DNA of 64,000 bases from Candidatus Bathyarchaeota archaeon. Its GTDB lineage: Archaea; Thermoproteota; Bathyarchaeia; 40CM-2-53-6. The notes beneath the pieces were generated by a model. That model ran no database searches. It was given only the letters and a program-made list of their open reading frames with translations, and was not told the DNA's origin. The translations under genes and the position numbers were made by a program. The stretch lies in NCBI GenBank assembly GCA_963726255.1, contig CAVSBL010000002.1, positions 96,001 through 160,000 of the forward strand. Direction: 5' to 3'. This document shows positions 10,456 through 20,772 of the stretch, piece by piece (position 1 is the stretch's first letter; every line of letters starts with the position of its first letter).

Positions 10456-10587
10456 TTGGGGACAATAGGGAGATGCGCCGAGTGCCGGGATTGCTACGGT
10501 AACAATTGCTCACAATGTACGATATGCGGAGCTGGGTCATATGAGGTGTGTCTTCACTGCCCACCGAGTATGACCTTAGGCGGGTGA
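10456..10587 (+). CDS. Unannotated 43-aa eight-cysteine microprotein (MGTIGRCAECRDCYGNNCSQCTICGAGSYEVCLHCPPSMTLGG)
   Basis: Translated by hand; perfect Shine-Dalgarno GGAGGTGA at 10442-10449, 6 nt before TTG; CxxCxxC-x4-CxxCxxC-x7-CxxC spacing. Confidence 0.6.
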   Translation: MGTIGRCAECRDCYGNNCSQCTICGAGSYEVCLHCPPSMTLGG

Positions 10588-10618
10588 AGGGGTCGACAAA
10601 CCCGCCGTTGTTTTTTCT
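10579..10618 (+). terminator. Hairpin plus T-tract, putative terminator of the por operon/microprotein transcript
   Basis: GGCGGGT(10579-85)...ACCCGCC(10600-06) followed by gttgttttttct. Confidence 0.5.
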
Positions 10619-10640
10619 CTAATCAGCATACTGCTCGAAT

Positions 10641-10654
10641 AAACCGTTTAAAGG
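10641..10654 (+). promoter_or_regulatory. BRE/TATA promoter of tRNA-Ala
   Basis: aaaccgTTTAAAgg about 25-30 nt upstream of the tRNA 5' end. Confidence 0.6.
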
Positions 10655-10676
10655 AGAGCTGGTTTTCTAGGGCTCG

Positions 10677-10794
10677 GGGCCGGTAGTTCAGCCTGGTATA
10701 CTCAACTTTCGGCTGGGGCCAAAGAACGTCCGGTTCGCATTCCTTTGAAAGAAAAACCGGAAGGCCGCGGGTTCAAATCCCGCCCGGTCCACCA
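10677..10794 (+). tRNA. tRNA-Ala(CGC) with two introns (D-arm ~21/22, 10700-10723; canonical 37/38, 10740-10755)
   Basis: GGGCCGG/CCGGTCC acceptor stem with the G3:U70 Ala identity pair; TCCGG-TT-CGC-A..A-CCGGA; TTCAAAT T-loop; CCA; BHB-like junctions. Confidence 0.92.
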
Positions 10795-10847
10795 AAATTT
10801 CATGACGATTCTTATGCTACGTTTCAAGTAAGTCTTTTAGCCAGTAA

Positions 10848-11921
10848 TTGAGAATGCCAGGGGAATCACTAACGCTAGGCGCTGTGGACATGCCAGTGAC
10901 TACACTCGACAACAATTCTTCGAGAGATGGCCTGGTTCATCAGTCCATCATACTCACAATTGTTGCGGCTATAATTGCGCTAGCGGCCGTTTTGAAGTCG
11001 CCAGAGCTATCAGCGGTCTTCTTTTCTCTCTTCACTAGGCTTCCGCAATTTTCTGAGCTCTACGCTCACTTCGATGCGGCGTTTATCCGAGGCCAGGCGG
11101 AAATGTTGCAAAGTCTCTCGGGCCAGATGATGGCTAAAGGAGAATGGGGCTCATTCGACTTCAGACCCCGATCTCTACCCTTTGGTATGAAACTGAAATA
11201 CCTGTTCGTGGTTGCGGCGACGGACATTTCAGTCATCATTCCGACATTGAATGAGGAAAAATACCTGCCCAACTGCCTCAGCTCGCTCATTAACCAATCA
11301 AGGAAAGAATTCCGTGAAATTATCGTCGTAGACGGGGGAAGCACCGATCAGACCGCTCAGGTGGCTCAAAAATACTCCGATAGCGTCCTGGTGAAGCCAG
11401 GGCAAACTGTGGGGGCATCTCGAAACATCGGTGCGTTAGCAGCCAAGGGTGAAATTCTCGCCTTCATAGATGCAGACACCATTGCCTCTGTTGACTGGCT
11501 CGAAGAAATTTCCCGCTCGTTCCATGACGATCCAGGGGCGGTTGGGGTAACAGGCCCAACACTGCCTTACGGGGGAACCAACTTGGACCAACTTGCTTAC
11601 CACGTAGCTACGGGATGGGCGCAACGGTTTTCGTTGAAACTCGGTCTACCCCATGTTGCCGGATTCAACTGCGCATACAAGAAGGAATCTTTCTGGGACG
11701 CAGGAGGATTCGACGAGAGCAGGGAGCTCTCCGAGGACGTGATGCTCAGCCTAAGAATTCGTCATCAGGGGCGTATAATCTTCAACCCTGACATGATGGC
11801 CTACACGTCGCTCAGGAGAATCAAGAAATACGGCTACCCTTACCTGACAACATACTACGCGATTAACGCTGCCATGCTGCTACTGTTCAAGAAGAACCTC
11901 GGATACCCTAAGGTCCGTTGA
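10848..11921 (+). CDS. Glycosyltransferase family 2 (true start likely near 11187-11208)
   Basis: ISVIIPTLNEE, VVDGGSTD, FIDAD (DxD), SEDV. Confidence 0.9.
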   Translation: MRMPGESLTLGAVDMPVTTLDNNSSRDGLVHQSIILTIVAAIIALAAVLKSPELSAVFFSLFTRLPQFSELYAHFDAAFIRGQAEMLQSLSGQMMAKGEWGSFDFRPRSLPFGMKLKYLFVVAATDISVIIPTLNEEKYLPNCLSSLINQSRKEFREIIVVDGGSTDQTAQVAQKYSDSVLVKPGQTVGASRNIGALAAKGEILAFIDADTIASVDWLEEISRSFHDDPGAVGVTGPTLPYGGTNLDQLAYHVATGWAQRFSLKLGLPHVAGFNCAYKKESFWDAGGFDESRELSEDVMLSLRIRHQGRIIFNPDMMAYTSLRRIKKYGYPYLTTYYAINAAMLLLFKKNLGYPKVR

Positions 11922-11944
11922 AATATCTACCGAACTAAGCTGCT

Positions 11945-12577
11945 TCATCTGTTTCCCATCCAAATCCTTGGCACTTGGAGGACCCACAATACGATCAATG
12001 GAACATACCAGAAAATCACTCTCACAGGAGTTCCCTCAAACCTCCATGCCAAGAACTGAGGAAGGGTGCTCACCAAGAAAAGAAACGCCGAGATGAAGAG
12101 CGTATTCCTTATTCTCTTTTGCTGACCTAGCAGGCGAGCGGGGATCAATCTTCTCTCCTCGGTAGTCAACATATGAGTGAACAGCCCCAAAATTGCCATA
12201 AGGCCGGCCAGGTCTAGCGCATAGACAACGGAGGCATAATCGTACAGCGAAACTGCTTCCGCTGAATTCAGAAGACTCAGCAAGTATGGTTCAACGGATA
12301 CTAGAAACAGTAATGCTATGTTCAAGAAAACCGTCGTCCCAGTTTCTAGCGGGAGCGTGGACATTATCCGAGTATAACGTAGCCACACTGAAATCAGAAT
12401 TATGAAACTAAATCCGAAGCCGAGAACGTCACCTCTAATGTCCGCCGGTGTACTTGGGGGTTTGCCGACGAGTGTTAACGCGCCTATCGATAAGGCCAGT
12501 CCGAACACGAGGTCGGAAAGTGTTTCAATGCGCGGTCTGGGAATCGTCTGTCCTCTGTTCCGTGGCAAAGGTTTCAT
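11945..12577 (-). CDS. TMEM175-family (DUF1211) potassium channel
   Basis: RIETLSDLVFGLALSI matches the RxxxFSD signature region; about 6 TMs. Confidence 0.8.
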   Translation of the reverse strand: MKPLPRNRGQTIPRPRIETLSDLVFGLALSIGALTLVGKPPSTPADIRGDVLGFGFSFIILISVWLRYTRIMSTLPLETGTTVFLNIALLFLVSVEPYLLSLLNSAEAVSLYDYASVVYALDLAGLMAILGLFTHMLTTEERRLIPARLLGQQKRIRNTLFISAFLFLVSTLPQFLAWRFEGTPVRVIFWYVPLIVLWVLQVPRIWMGNR

Positions 12578-12661
12578 TCATCCAAAATGACATGAGAGAG
12601 TGGGTTATCGCAACAGAATTTCACTGGCAACCCTTAAAGCTCTATTTAATCGGGCCTCACC

Positions 12662-12844
12662 ATGATTCGAATGAGAATCCACTTCTGGCCATTTCTGGTT
12701 GGTGCGTTGGTCCTCATCTGGGGCATCGCAACTCTGGCAACTGAAGTTCTGGGAATAAAAATACCGATATCTTGGTGGGCCGTAGTCGCAGTAATCGTAG
12801 GCCTTTGGATTCTTTCGCGCGCAGTCCGCAAACCGCAGGCATAG
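12662..12844 (+). CDS. Small two-TM membrane protein
   Basis: Two hydrophobic helices; immediately upstream of trpB2. Confidence 0.6.
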   Translation: MIRMRIHFWPFLVGALVLIWGIATLATEVLGIKIPISWWAVVAVIVGLWILSRAVRKPQA

Positions 12845-12848
12845 CCAA

Positions 12849-14153
12849 TTGAAGCAAGCGCAGATCGCGCTCCCTCTCGACGACCTCCCAAGGAAATGGT
12901 ACAACATAATTCCAGATCTCCCCTCTAAACTCCCTTCACCAAAAGAACCTGGCGAAGGGGAGTCGAGGATGGAAGCATTAGGAAGGCGGATGATAGGTGA
13001 ATGCCTCAAACAAGAATCATCAGACTCGCGGTGGATCGATATTCCTGAAGGAGTGCAAGAGCTCTACATCCAAGCTGGACGACCACGGCCACTCTACAGA
13101 GCCTACCGACTCGAGAAAAAACTGGGCTTAAAGAAAGTTCGAATCTACTACAAGAGAGAGGACCTGAGCCCAACCGGTTCCCACAAAGTGAACACGGCCC
13201 TTCCACAAGCCTACTACGCCGCGAGAGAAGGCAAGAAGGTTCTGGTCACAGAAACCGGTGCAGGGCAGTGGGGCACTGCCTTGGCCTACGCTGCAAGTTT
13301 GATGGGGCTCTCGACCGTAGTCTTCTGGGTCCGAGCCGTCTACGATTGGAAACTCGAACGAAGAGTTCTAATGGAATTGTATGGGGCAAAAGTCTACGCG
13401 TCCCCGAGCGACCAAACAACGTTTGGCAGGAAACTGCTCAGCGAAAACGCGAACCACCCTGGTTCTCTTGGGATAGCAGTTTCGGAAGGGCTCGAATTTA
13501 CTGATGGTTCGCCGGACAGGGTTTACTGCTTGGGTTCGGTCCTAAACCATGTGCTAATTCACCAATCCATAATTGGCCTTGAAACGATCAAGCAGTTCGA
13601 ACTTGCCGACGATTCGCCGGACTTGGTCGTCGCTTGCCTCGGCGGCGGGTCAAACTTCGGAGGAATTGCGCTCCCGTTCCTTGGCGAAGTTCTAGCTGGG
13701 AAGAGAGAATGCCAATTTCTCGCGGCTCAATCGGAGGCGGCGCCTAACTTAATCAAAGGCGAGTACAGGTACGATTTCGGAGACACCGCGGGCCATACGC
13801 CACTATTGATGATGTACACCCTCGGCCATGAAACGGTGATGAAGCCCATTCGCTCAGACGGGTTGCGCTACCACGCCGCTGCCCCAATCATTAGCGCCCT
13901 GAAACACGAGGGTTTGATTAGGGCTGTGGCCTATCCAGTTGACGAAGTGGCCGTCTTCTCCGCTGCCAGACTTTTCCTAGAGAGTGAGGGCTGGTTGATC
14001 GCAGGTGAATCGGCCCATGCGGTGCGGGCCGCAATTGATGAAGCGAAGCTGGCTGAGTCAAGAAACGAAGAGAAATGCATCCTCATGAACATTAGTGGAC
14101 ATGGCTTCCTAGACTTAGATGCCTACCGTTCGATCTTACGACTGGGCAGTTGA
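12849..14153 (+). CDS. trpB2: TrpB-like PLP enzyme (tryptophan synthase beta type 2)
   Basis: SPTGSHKVNT (PLP lysine), TETGAGQWG, GGGSNF, GLRYH, NISGHG; no trpA nearby. Confidence 0.92.
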   Translation: MKQAQIALPLDDLPRKWYNIIPDLPSKLPSPKEPGEGESRMEALGRRMIGECLKQESSDSRWIDIPEGVQELYIQAGRPRPLYRAYRLEKKLGLKKVRIYYKREDLSPTGSHKVNTALPQAYYAAREGKKVLVTETGAGQWGTALAYAASLMGLSTVVFWVRAVYDWKLERRVLMELYGAKVYASPSDQTTFGRKLLSENANHPGSLGIAVSEGLEFTDGSPDRVYCLGSVLNHVLIHQSIIGLETIKQFELADDSPDLVVACLGGGSNFGGIALPFLGEVLAGKRECQFLAAQSEAAPNLIKGEYRYDFGDTAGHTPLLMMYTLGHETVMKPIRSDGLRYHAAAPIISALKHEGLIRAVAYPVDEVAVFSAARLFLESEGWLIAGESAHAVRAAIDEAKLAESRNEEKCILMNISGHGFLDLDAYRSILRLGS

Positions 14154-14168
14154 CAAGCAACGGGAAAC

Positions 14169-15035
14169 TCATTTCAGTTTCAAGAGGCGCTTCGCATTAT
14201 CTCGTAGAATCATGTCTTTGATTTCTGGGCTCACGCCGAGTGTTTCGAAGTCTTGTAGCCACCGTTGTGGGCTAAGCATGGGATAGTCTGTCCCGAACAG
14301 GAATTTCTGCGGGATCATTTTCGTCATGTACGTGATTAGAAGTGGCTGGAAGTACTTGGGGGACCACCCTGAAAGGTCCACGTACACGTTGTTCTTGTGA
14401 GTGGCGACTGCGAGCTGCTCGTCCTGCCATGGCCATCCGGGATGAGCCATGATTAGTTTCAGCTCGGGAAAGTCTGCAGCCACGTCATCCAACAGCATGG
14501 GGTCTGAGAAACGCAACTTTACGCCGCCACCGCCCTCCAACCCAGCGCCCCAGTACGTTGAACCAGTATGGAATGTGACCGGTACGCCAAGTTCAACACA
14601 CTTCGAGTAAAGCGGATAGTAGGCTCTATCGTTCGGTTCGAATGCTTGCACTTGCGGGTGCAGTTTTAGCCCCCTAAGATTCAGGTCTCGAATTGCGTAT
14701 TCGAGGTTCTTGACGGCGGATTTCTTATGGGGGTCAACTGACGCGAACCCCACGACGCGCTCAGGATATCGGTCAGCGACCTTTGCAACAAATTCGTTGG
14801 CGACCTTTGGCATGTGACTGGTGGTTTCGGCGTCCCAAGCGAAGAGAACTAATTTCTCAACGCCACATTTCGAGTATTCCTCAAGCATCTGCTCGAAAGT
14901 TTTGAGTTCTATGGCGCGTCCGAATTTCTTTGCGGCTGCTTCAACGTGGCGTCCGCCCGAGTCTATCAGGAATTCCTTGGTAGGTGGATGGACGTGGACG
15001 TCAATGTAACCATGTTCCATTGTCGAAGACAACAT
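14169..15035 (-). CDS. Amidohydrolase family 2 metallohydrolase
   Basis: IDVHVH, GLKLHP, FHTG, AHPGWPW, LFGTDYP. Confidence 0.9.
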   Translation of the reverse strand: MLSSTMEHGYIDVHVHPPTKEFLIDSGGRHVEAAAKKFGRAIELKTFEQMLEEYSKCGVEKLVLFAWDAETTSHMPKVANEFVAKVADRYPERVVGFASVDPHKKSAVKNLEYAIRDLNLRGLKLHPQVQAFEPNDRAYYPLYSKCVELGVPVTFHTGSTYWGAGLEGGGGVKLRFSDPMLLDDVAADFPELKLIMAHPGWPWQDEQLAVATHKNNVYVDLSGWSPKYFQPLLITYMTKMIPQKFLFGTDYPMLSPQRWLQDFETLGVSPEIKDMILRDNAKRLLKLK

Positions 15036-15095
15036 CTACACCCTGTGCGCTTTAATGGTAATCCGCCCTGAGGTGATAAGGATTAGACATGTTCA

Positions 15096-15545
15096 TTGTT
15101 TGTGGGCAAGACGTTTTTGTACGGGCGCTCGTTACCTGAGGAGTTCGGGTTCGGTTGGGACATGAAGCAAACATATTCAGCCCTAATAGGAATCACCGGC
15201 GGCATTGTTGACTTGGTCGCAGGCTTAGCGCTTCTTCAGCCTGCCGGGATGGCGGAAGAACCCATGATGGTTCCTTCCCCTGCCACATGGGGCGGCTATT
15301 TCCTTTTGGGCTTGGGGGTTATCGTACTATTGACTGGCCTATACCTGCTCACGTCGCGTATGATGAAGAACCGCTCAATCTTTGGAGCACTAATGCTGCT
15401 CTACGGCGTAATCATGTTGATTTTGGGGGTGGCTATGCTCGGACAAGTGTTCTCGATGATGCAGGGCTCGATGCTTTCGGGTGCTGTTATGCTTCTGATG
15501 GGAGCAGCGATGCTCTACAGTGGCTATGGGATGATTAGGAAATAG
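15096..15545 (+). CDS. Four-TM membrane protein (start probably 15162)
   Basis: Four hydrophobic Gly/Met-rich helices. Confidence 0.65.
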   Translation: MFVGKTFLYGRSLPEEFGFGWDMKQTYSALIGITGGIVDLVAGLALLQPAGMAEEPMMVPSPATWGGYFLLGLGVIVLLTGLYLLTSRMMKNRSIFGALMLLYGVIMLILGVAMLGQVFSMMQGSMLSGAVMLLMGAAMLYSGYGMIRK

Positions 15546-16777
15546 CCGGCTGATCGGAACGTATCGTTATCGTTCGATGCGCCAGCTTGGAGAGCTGGGA
15601 TTCCAAGGCAGTTTTGTGTTTTAGCATATCCTTGCTGACCTCATCGATTCTCCTCTGCACTTCCCTGTGACGCGCCATCAGAGCTTCCTTCTCGTTGCGG
15701 ACTTTGGAAAGTGAATCTTCGACCTTATCCCTCTTTCCGAGAAGCCCACTTCCGGAGTTGCCGCAACGTTTCCTGAATGTTTGCCTGAATGGTCAGGTAT
15801 TCCTGACGCATCTCATCGATAGCTCCATTCTTGACGCTTTGTATCGTGTCCTCCGCCTTTCGTCTTTTCCTTTCCTCAATGTCCAACTGACCGCACGATA
15901 ATTCCTCGCCCAACTGTCCGAGAATCTTGATGATGGCAAAGGATTGGCCGGTCGCTAGAGTTTCAACAGGCGAGTCTACCAAGCCACGTAAAGTTTGGAT
16001 GTCGAGAACAGGAGTCTGCTTAACCGATACAACTCTCTCAAGCTTGACAAGGGGTTTTGCGACTGGTTGGAAGAACTGCCTTATTTCGTCCTCTTTCGAC
16101 CGCAATGATTCCTCGTAACGTCTCAGTTCAAGAAATTCTCCTTGAGAGGCCAATTCCATCTGGGTTCGCAACAGATCCTTTTCTCGCTCTGCAATTGACT
16201 CTAGTAAACCGTCGCATTCGGTTTCCTCTTTTCTCAACGTGAGAAGGTCGTCCCGCCTTCGTGCCAAGATTTCCACGTCTCTTCGAAGAGACTCGATCTT
16301 GGCTCCAGGCGACTCATCCAATGCAGCACCAAGCGACCTTACAGAGGCCTCGAGTCTCGCGAGGGCGGTGTTGAGAGCAGCCATTTCGGTCTTGAGGCCC
16401 CTGTGAACTTTGGGAAGGTACTTTCGGATGGTCACTATGATCTTGTTGAGGGCTCTGACCGAATCTTGATGGAATTTTTCAGCGTCTGGAAATTTCGACG
16501 AAGTTTGTGCTTGGTATACCTCTTCCGCGGTTTCTTGTATTGTGTGCGCTAAGCGCATTCCATATTCAGAAACGGCCTTGTCCATAGTCCCCCAGGCGTT
16601 TTTCACGCTTGACCCAAATCGGCCTGCAGTGGCTGAGAGTGTGCTCGAAGCTTCTCTTACCGCCTTCATTCTTTCTGCAAACCGTTTTTCATGGTCCTTC
16701 ATTATGTCCCGTGTTAGTGAATCGCAGAACTCGACGATTTTCTCGATAGGGGCTTCGCTAACGCTCAGCGCAATCAA
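15535..16777 (-). pseudogene. Long coiled-coil protein with an apparent frameshift near 15750
   Basis: ORF 15725-16777 ends abruptly; a shifted frame continues the coiled coil (SGLLGKRDKVEDSLSKVRNEKEALMARHREVQRRIDEV...) to TAA at 15535. Confidence 0.65.
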
Positions 16778-16817
16778 CCTGTTCGATGCTTATGGACGTG
16801 ATATGCAGAATAAGGTT

Positions 16818-17699
16818 CTATTGAGTATTTTTCGGGTTTGCAGTAATCTGCGCTTTCGATGATCGGTCAAGTGCCTGAGTAACCGCTAGGCGAAGTTCTT
16901 GACAGGCTGCATTTCTCACTTCCAACGCGTCGTTAGAAGTGTTTCTGTTGAATTCAGCGAGCTTGGCCTTCAGCCCTTCTTGGCGTTCTCTCAGATGTTT
17001 ACTCTTAACTTCGAAGTTTGCCCTTAGTTCGTCCAGTTCGTGCTGGAGCAGTGTTCCGCTCTTATCAAATTCAGTTCTTTTCGATTGCAGCACGCTCGTG
17101 CTTTCTTCGAGTTTCGTCCCGGGCCTGTGTAGGATTCTTTCAATGATCGAAGGCCGTTTCCGGAGCAATTTCAGCCGTCGCTTATCGAGCACGTCAATTT
17201 CGCCCCTGAGCTTTCCCACGGCACGTTCGTTTCTTTTCCTGGCATTGTACGTCTGGGTCCCATACTCATGTTCGAGCTTTGAGAGTTCAAGTTCACACGC
17301 ATTCAATTCTTGCATTAGCTTTGATGCTTCTCCGGAACTGTCTTTCTCTGCTTCAATCTGCTTTTGCAGGGCCTCTCGAAGAGATGACAGAACGTTCTGT
17401 ACGGTTACTCTGTACGGCTGGTCTGCCATGTTCGGCAGCTTTGTCTCGAACTCCGTCAAGACTGCTTCCACATCCTTAATCCAGCGTTCAAAATGTTCAG
17501 AGAAAGGTGGAAGTGCGAAGCGTTGAGTTCCAAGGTGTTCGAGCGTGTTCAGGATTTTTGACGAAACTTGGGATGGATCGATGGGTATTGCTTCTTGATA
17601 GAATATCGAAGTTTCGTGTTCTTCTCTCCTTTCCTTTGAGTGTTTCTTAGTGGATGGCCTGCGGAATCTTGTGCCGCGCATCCTAGGCTCGGAGCTCAT
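16818..17699 (-). CDS. Coiled-coil hypothetical protein
   Basis: 293-aa Glu/Lys/Leu-rich ORF coupled to the rhomboid gene; LGTQRFALPPFSEHF segment. Confidence 0.7.
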   Translation of the reverse strand: MSSEPRMRGTRFRRPSTKKHSKERREEHETSIFYQEAIPIDPSQVSSKILNTLEHLGTQRFALPPFSEHFERWIKDVEAVLTEFETKLPNMADQPYRVTVQNVLSSLREALQKQIEAEKDSSGEASKLMQELNACELELSKLEHEYGTQTYNARKRNERAVGKLRGEIDVLDKRRLKLLRKRPSIIERILHRPGTKLEESTSVLQSKRTEFDKSGTLLQHELDELRANFEVKSKHLRERQEGLKAKLAEFNRNTSNDALEVRNAACQELRLAVTQALDRSSKAQITANPKNTQ

Positions 17700-17739
17700 G
17701 AGTAAACCGTTCCCGTTTCATTGTATATATGAGAACGCA

Positions 17740-18297
17740 TTAGCTGCCAGTTCCTAACGGCGCTTTCCTGAGCCAAGAATAGTGAAGGGCTAAGCCGACA
17801 ACTAATCCGCCTGCGTGGGCCAAGAAACCGCCCCCTGCGAAAATGTCGAGGCCAATGAAAAAGACCATTCCCACAAGTCCTTTCACCCCTCCGGCTGCAC
17901 CGAGCAGACCCCATATCGCACCCGAAGCACCAACGCCGATAGCATCTCCCCCTAGGAAAAGGAAGGCGATGTTTCCTGCAAGCCCACTCGCGAAATACGT
18001 TGTCAGCCACTTTTTCGTAGAGACTTGTTCTTCCAAGGAAGTTCCGAATATCAACAAGAAGAGTACGTTTCCCCCTACATGGGCTGGGTTCGCATGCAGA
18101 AACATGGCTGTAAACAACATCCAAACTGCCCCCCGCCAAACGTCCGCGTTCACCTGGGCTAAAGGATAGAACATATCGTAATTCAGAGAGAGAATATTAC
18201 CTCCAGCGATTCCCATGCCGAAATATAGGATGACAAGGACCGCAGACATCCAAACTGACGGCGAATCCCTGATTCTCGAATTGTGATGGACCTGCAA
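17740..18297 (-). CDS. Rhomboid-family intramembrane serine protease
   Basis: FLHANPAHVGGN, GASG catalytic Ser, AHAGG catalytic His. Confidence 0.9.
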   Translation of the reverse strand: MQVHHNSRIRDSPSVWMSAVLVILYFGMGIAGGNILSLNYDMFYPLAQVNADVWRGAVWMLFTAMFLHANPAHVGGNVLFLLIFGTSLEEQVSTKKWLTTYFASGLAGNIAFLFLGGDAIGVGASGAIWGLLGAAGGVKGLVGMVFFIGLDIFAGGGFLAHAGGLVVGLALHYSWLRKAPLGTGS

Positions 18298-18367
18298 GGC
18301 ATATTCACCCGAAGTCTCGATTCGTTTAGTCCGATTTAATAAGTAAAAGCACTATGTCAAGCAGCTT

Positions 18368-19246
18368 GTGTCCTCGGCTTCGGCGGAAGCATTTCAAGCT
18401 GGCGAACGAATCGCCAAGCTCTCTGTAATAACCCTACTCGGCATAGGGATAGTAGAACTAACGGTCGGATATTGGACCGGCAGCCTAGGGCTTAAAGCAG
18501 ACGGGCTTGACTCCGTCTCCGACTCTGTTATCTCCCTCATCGTTTGGCTCGGATTGCATTATTCCCGAAGGCGGCCGGATGCGCGTTTTCATTTCGGCTA
18601 CCAAAAGGTGGAGAGTCTATCGGCCCTTGTTGTATCAATCGGGATGGTTGGCCTCGCGGCGTACGTCATGTTTCAGTCATATTTGACGTTCCTGAATCCC
18701 AGGCTCATCGTATTTCCGACGATCGCTCTCGCAACCGTTCTCGCGTGTGGAACAATCTCAATGTACCGCGCATTTCAGATGAAGGGGATTGCGAATAAGT
18801 ATGGGCTGCTATCGCTACGGACAGATGCCAATAATTCAATCAAGGATGGAACAGCGTCATTCGTTGTCTTCGTTAGCGTTCTAGGTGCATCACTTGGCAT
18901 CCGCGAACTTGACGCAGTTGGCGGCATGATAATCGCGATATACATTTTCGGCGTCGCCTACATCGCATTCAGAGAATCCTCCTTGGTCTTGTTGGACGCC
19001 TGTGAGAGCCCCGAACTGACATCTGCGTTGGCGGCCGCGCTCAAGACAGTGGAAGGGGTACGAGGTGTAGCGAGCATAAGGCTACGGCCTTCCGGGCCCT
19101 ACCTCACTGGTATAATCGCTGTGCTGGTTGACGGTTCGAAGACTGTTACGGAGACTGAGAATTTGCGCAGAAGGTTGCTTGAAACAGTTTGGGCGGTCGT
19201 TGAGCCTATCGGTGAAGTATCTATCGTCTTCAGGCCTGAAGCCTAG
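18368..19246 (+). CDS. Cation diffusion facilitator (CDF) transporter
   Basis: GSLGLKADGLDSVSD, FHFGYQKVE; 6 TMs plus C-terminal dimerisation domain. Confidence 0.9.
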   Translation: MSSASAEAFQAGERIAKLSVITLLGIGIVELTVGYWTGSLGLKADGLDSVSDSVISLIVWLGLHYSRRRPDARFHFGYQKVESLSALVVSIGMVGLAAYVMFQSYLTFLNPRLIVFPTIALATVLACGTISMYRAFQMKGIANKYGLLSLRTDANNSIKDGTASFVVFVSVLGASLGIRELDAVGGMIIAIYIFGVAYIAFRESSLVLLDACESPELTSALAAALKTVEGVRGVASIRLRPSGPYLTGIIAVLVDGSKTVTETENLRRRLLETVWAVVEPIGEVSIVFRPEA

Positions 19247-19270
19247 TCTCAACAACCGCCGAATAGGAAA

Positions 19271-19894
19271 TCAAATGTGGTCTATGGACTCGTACCATGC
19301 GCTTAGCTTAGTAAACCGTTCAGGGAACCGGTTTCCTGAGTAGACGACTGGGTTAACTGCTCCGAAGACCGCAAAGTCAGCTAGGCTTGGCTTATCGGAT
19401 ACGAGGAAGCGGTGCTCCTTTAACATATCCTCAATGATTTGGAAATGAGCTTCCATGTCGGCCTTGAATTCGGGTCGTCTGACCTCCATAAGTTGGAGCG
19501 GACCGCGCTTCAATTCTTGGATTTCGACGAAGACCCAGCGTTCCAAATCGTCTTTGAACGTTTTGGGGAAATCGACGACAGCGTAGCGCCATACGATTTC
19601 CTCAAGGCGGTAGTGTGCCCAGTTTTCGATCGCTTTCGTCAAAGCTTTGGTTCCGTCGGGGTAAATCGTAGGGTTGGGTTGGAATTTTTCCAAGAAGTCT
19701 GGTATGTCGGAGTAGGTTACGGTTTGGCCATCGTTCACTATGGTCGGAACGTAGTCTTGGCCAGTTGCGCTGATGAGTTCCCTCTTATCATAGTAACCGA
19801 CATTTTTCGTCTCGTATTTGATCTGCTTGTAGTCCATGATTTTCTTGGCTTTAATGCACCAGTGGCTGAATGGTTCCTGATAGAAAGTGATCAC
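19271..19894 (-). CDS. Glutathione S-transferase-family protein
   Basis: Thioredoxin-like N-domain (SHWC...GQDYVPTI), C-domain PSLADFAVFG. Confidence 0.8.
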   Translation of the reverse strand: MITFYQEPFSHWCIKAKKIMDYKQIKYETKNVGYYDKRELISATGQDYVPTIVNDGQTVTYSDIPDFLEKFQPNPTIYPDGTKALTKAIENWAHYRLEEIVWRYAVVDFPKTFKDDLERWVFVEIQELKRGPLQLMEVRRPEFKADMEAHFQIIEDMLKEHRFLVSDKPSLADFAVFGAVNPVVYSGNRFPERFTKLSAWYESIDHI

Positions 19895-19916
19895 TTGATA
19901 GAAACCTCCCTATGTT

Positions 19917-20639
19917 TTATGTCTTGATTTTCTCGACCAGCAACATCTTTCCAAGTGTAGTCAACTTGACCTTGGTTTTTCCCCTAGAATGCCTAGTGGC
20001 TTGGGCGAGGCCGAGGTCAATTAGGCCGCGTGCATCCTCCGAGCCGTGAATATGGTAACTAAGTAGGGGTTTACCGTAGTTTGTAAGCTTGCTCAACTCG
20101 TCTAGGCTTTCAACTTCTCCCCCGGCCTTGTCCAATGCTCTGAGTATGTTCAACTTCACGTCCGAAACCAATTCAGTGTAACTGAGCTTCATTGGGGGAA
20201 GCATGACGCACTCATCCCCTTTGCAGAAGAACGCTTTGAACCCCAGAATGAACGAGGTGACGGCAGCGGCGATGCAAATCATCTTATCGCCACTGCTAAC
20301 GTTCAGCAGGAAATCATCAAACTGATCCTTGTTCTTTTCGACAATTTCTGAGAAGACCTGCATGATGTCCTTGTAGGAGTGTTCAGGCCTAATCGTGTCG
20401 TAAACCTCGACTTCGGCCTTGAGTGTCTCTGTTATGCGCGTTGCCAAGCGCTTAACCCCCTCCTTGTCGCGGTCATAACAAATTAACGCAAGCTTATTCG
20501 CGGGTGCGTTCCTTACCCCGGCGAGGACCCCTTCTGAATCCTCCCCCACGGTCGATATTTGGAGGGTTTTCCGGAAGGCCCCGCCTGATTCGTCCTCAGA
20601 TTCTTTTCTACGATGGCTTGCGGTCTCCAAAACTGTCAA
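19917..20639 (-). CDS. CARF-like plus winged-HTH regulator (Csa3/DUF6293-like)
   Basis: Rossmann-like N-domain with LNVSSGDK motif; C-terminal wHTH (SLDELSKLT...LSYHI...LTTLGK). Confidence 0.75.
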   Translation of the reverse strand: MTVLETASHRRKESEDESGGAFRKTLQISTVGEDSEGVLAGVRNAPANKLALICYDRDKEGVKRLATRITETLKAEVEVYDTIRPEHSYKDIMQVFSEIVEKNKDQFDDFLLNVSSGDKMICIAAAVTSFILGFKAFFCKGDECVMLPPMKLSYTELVSDVKLNILRALDKAGGEVESLDELSKLTNYGKPLLSYHIHGSEDARGLIDLGLAQATRHSRGKTKVKLTTLGKMLLVEKIKT

Positions 20640-20772
20640 TTTTCCCTTATCCTTTTCCTTGGAAGGGCCCGCCGTCGAAGTAAAGCTTGCTGGTCAGCGA
20701 GTCCTGCCTACTGCAAGCTGCGCTTTGCCAGAGGTGGAAAATCCTTCTAAGGCAGGCGATTAATCTGGTCCG

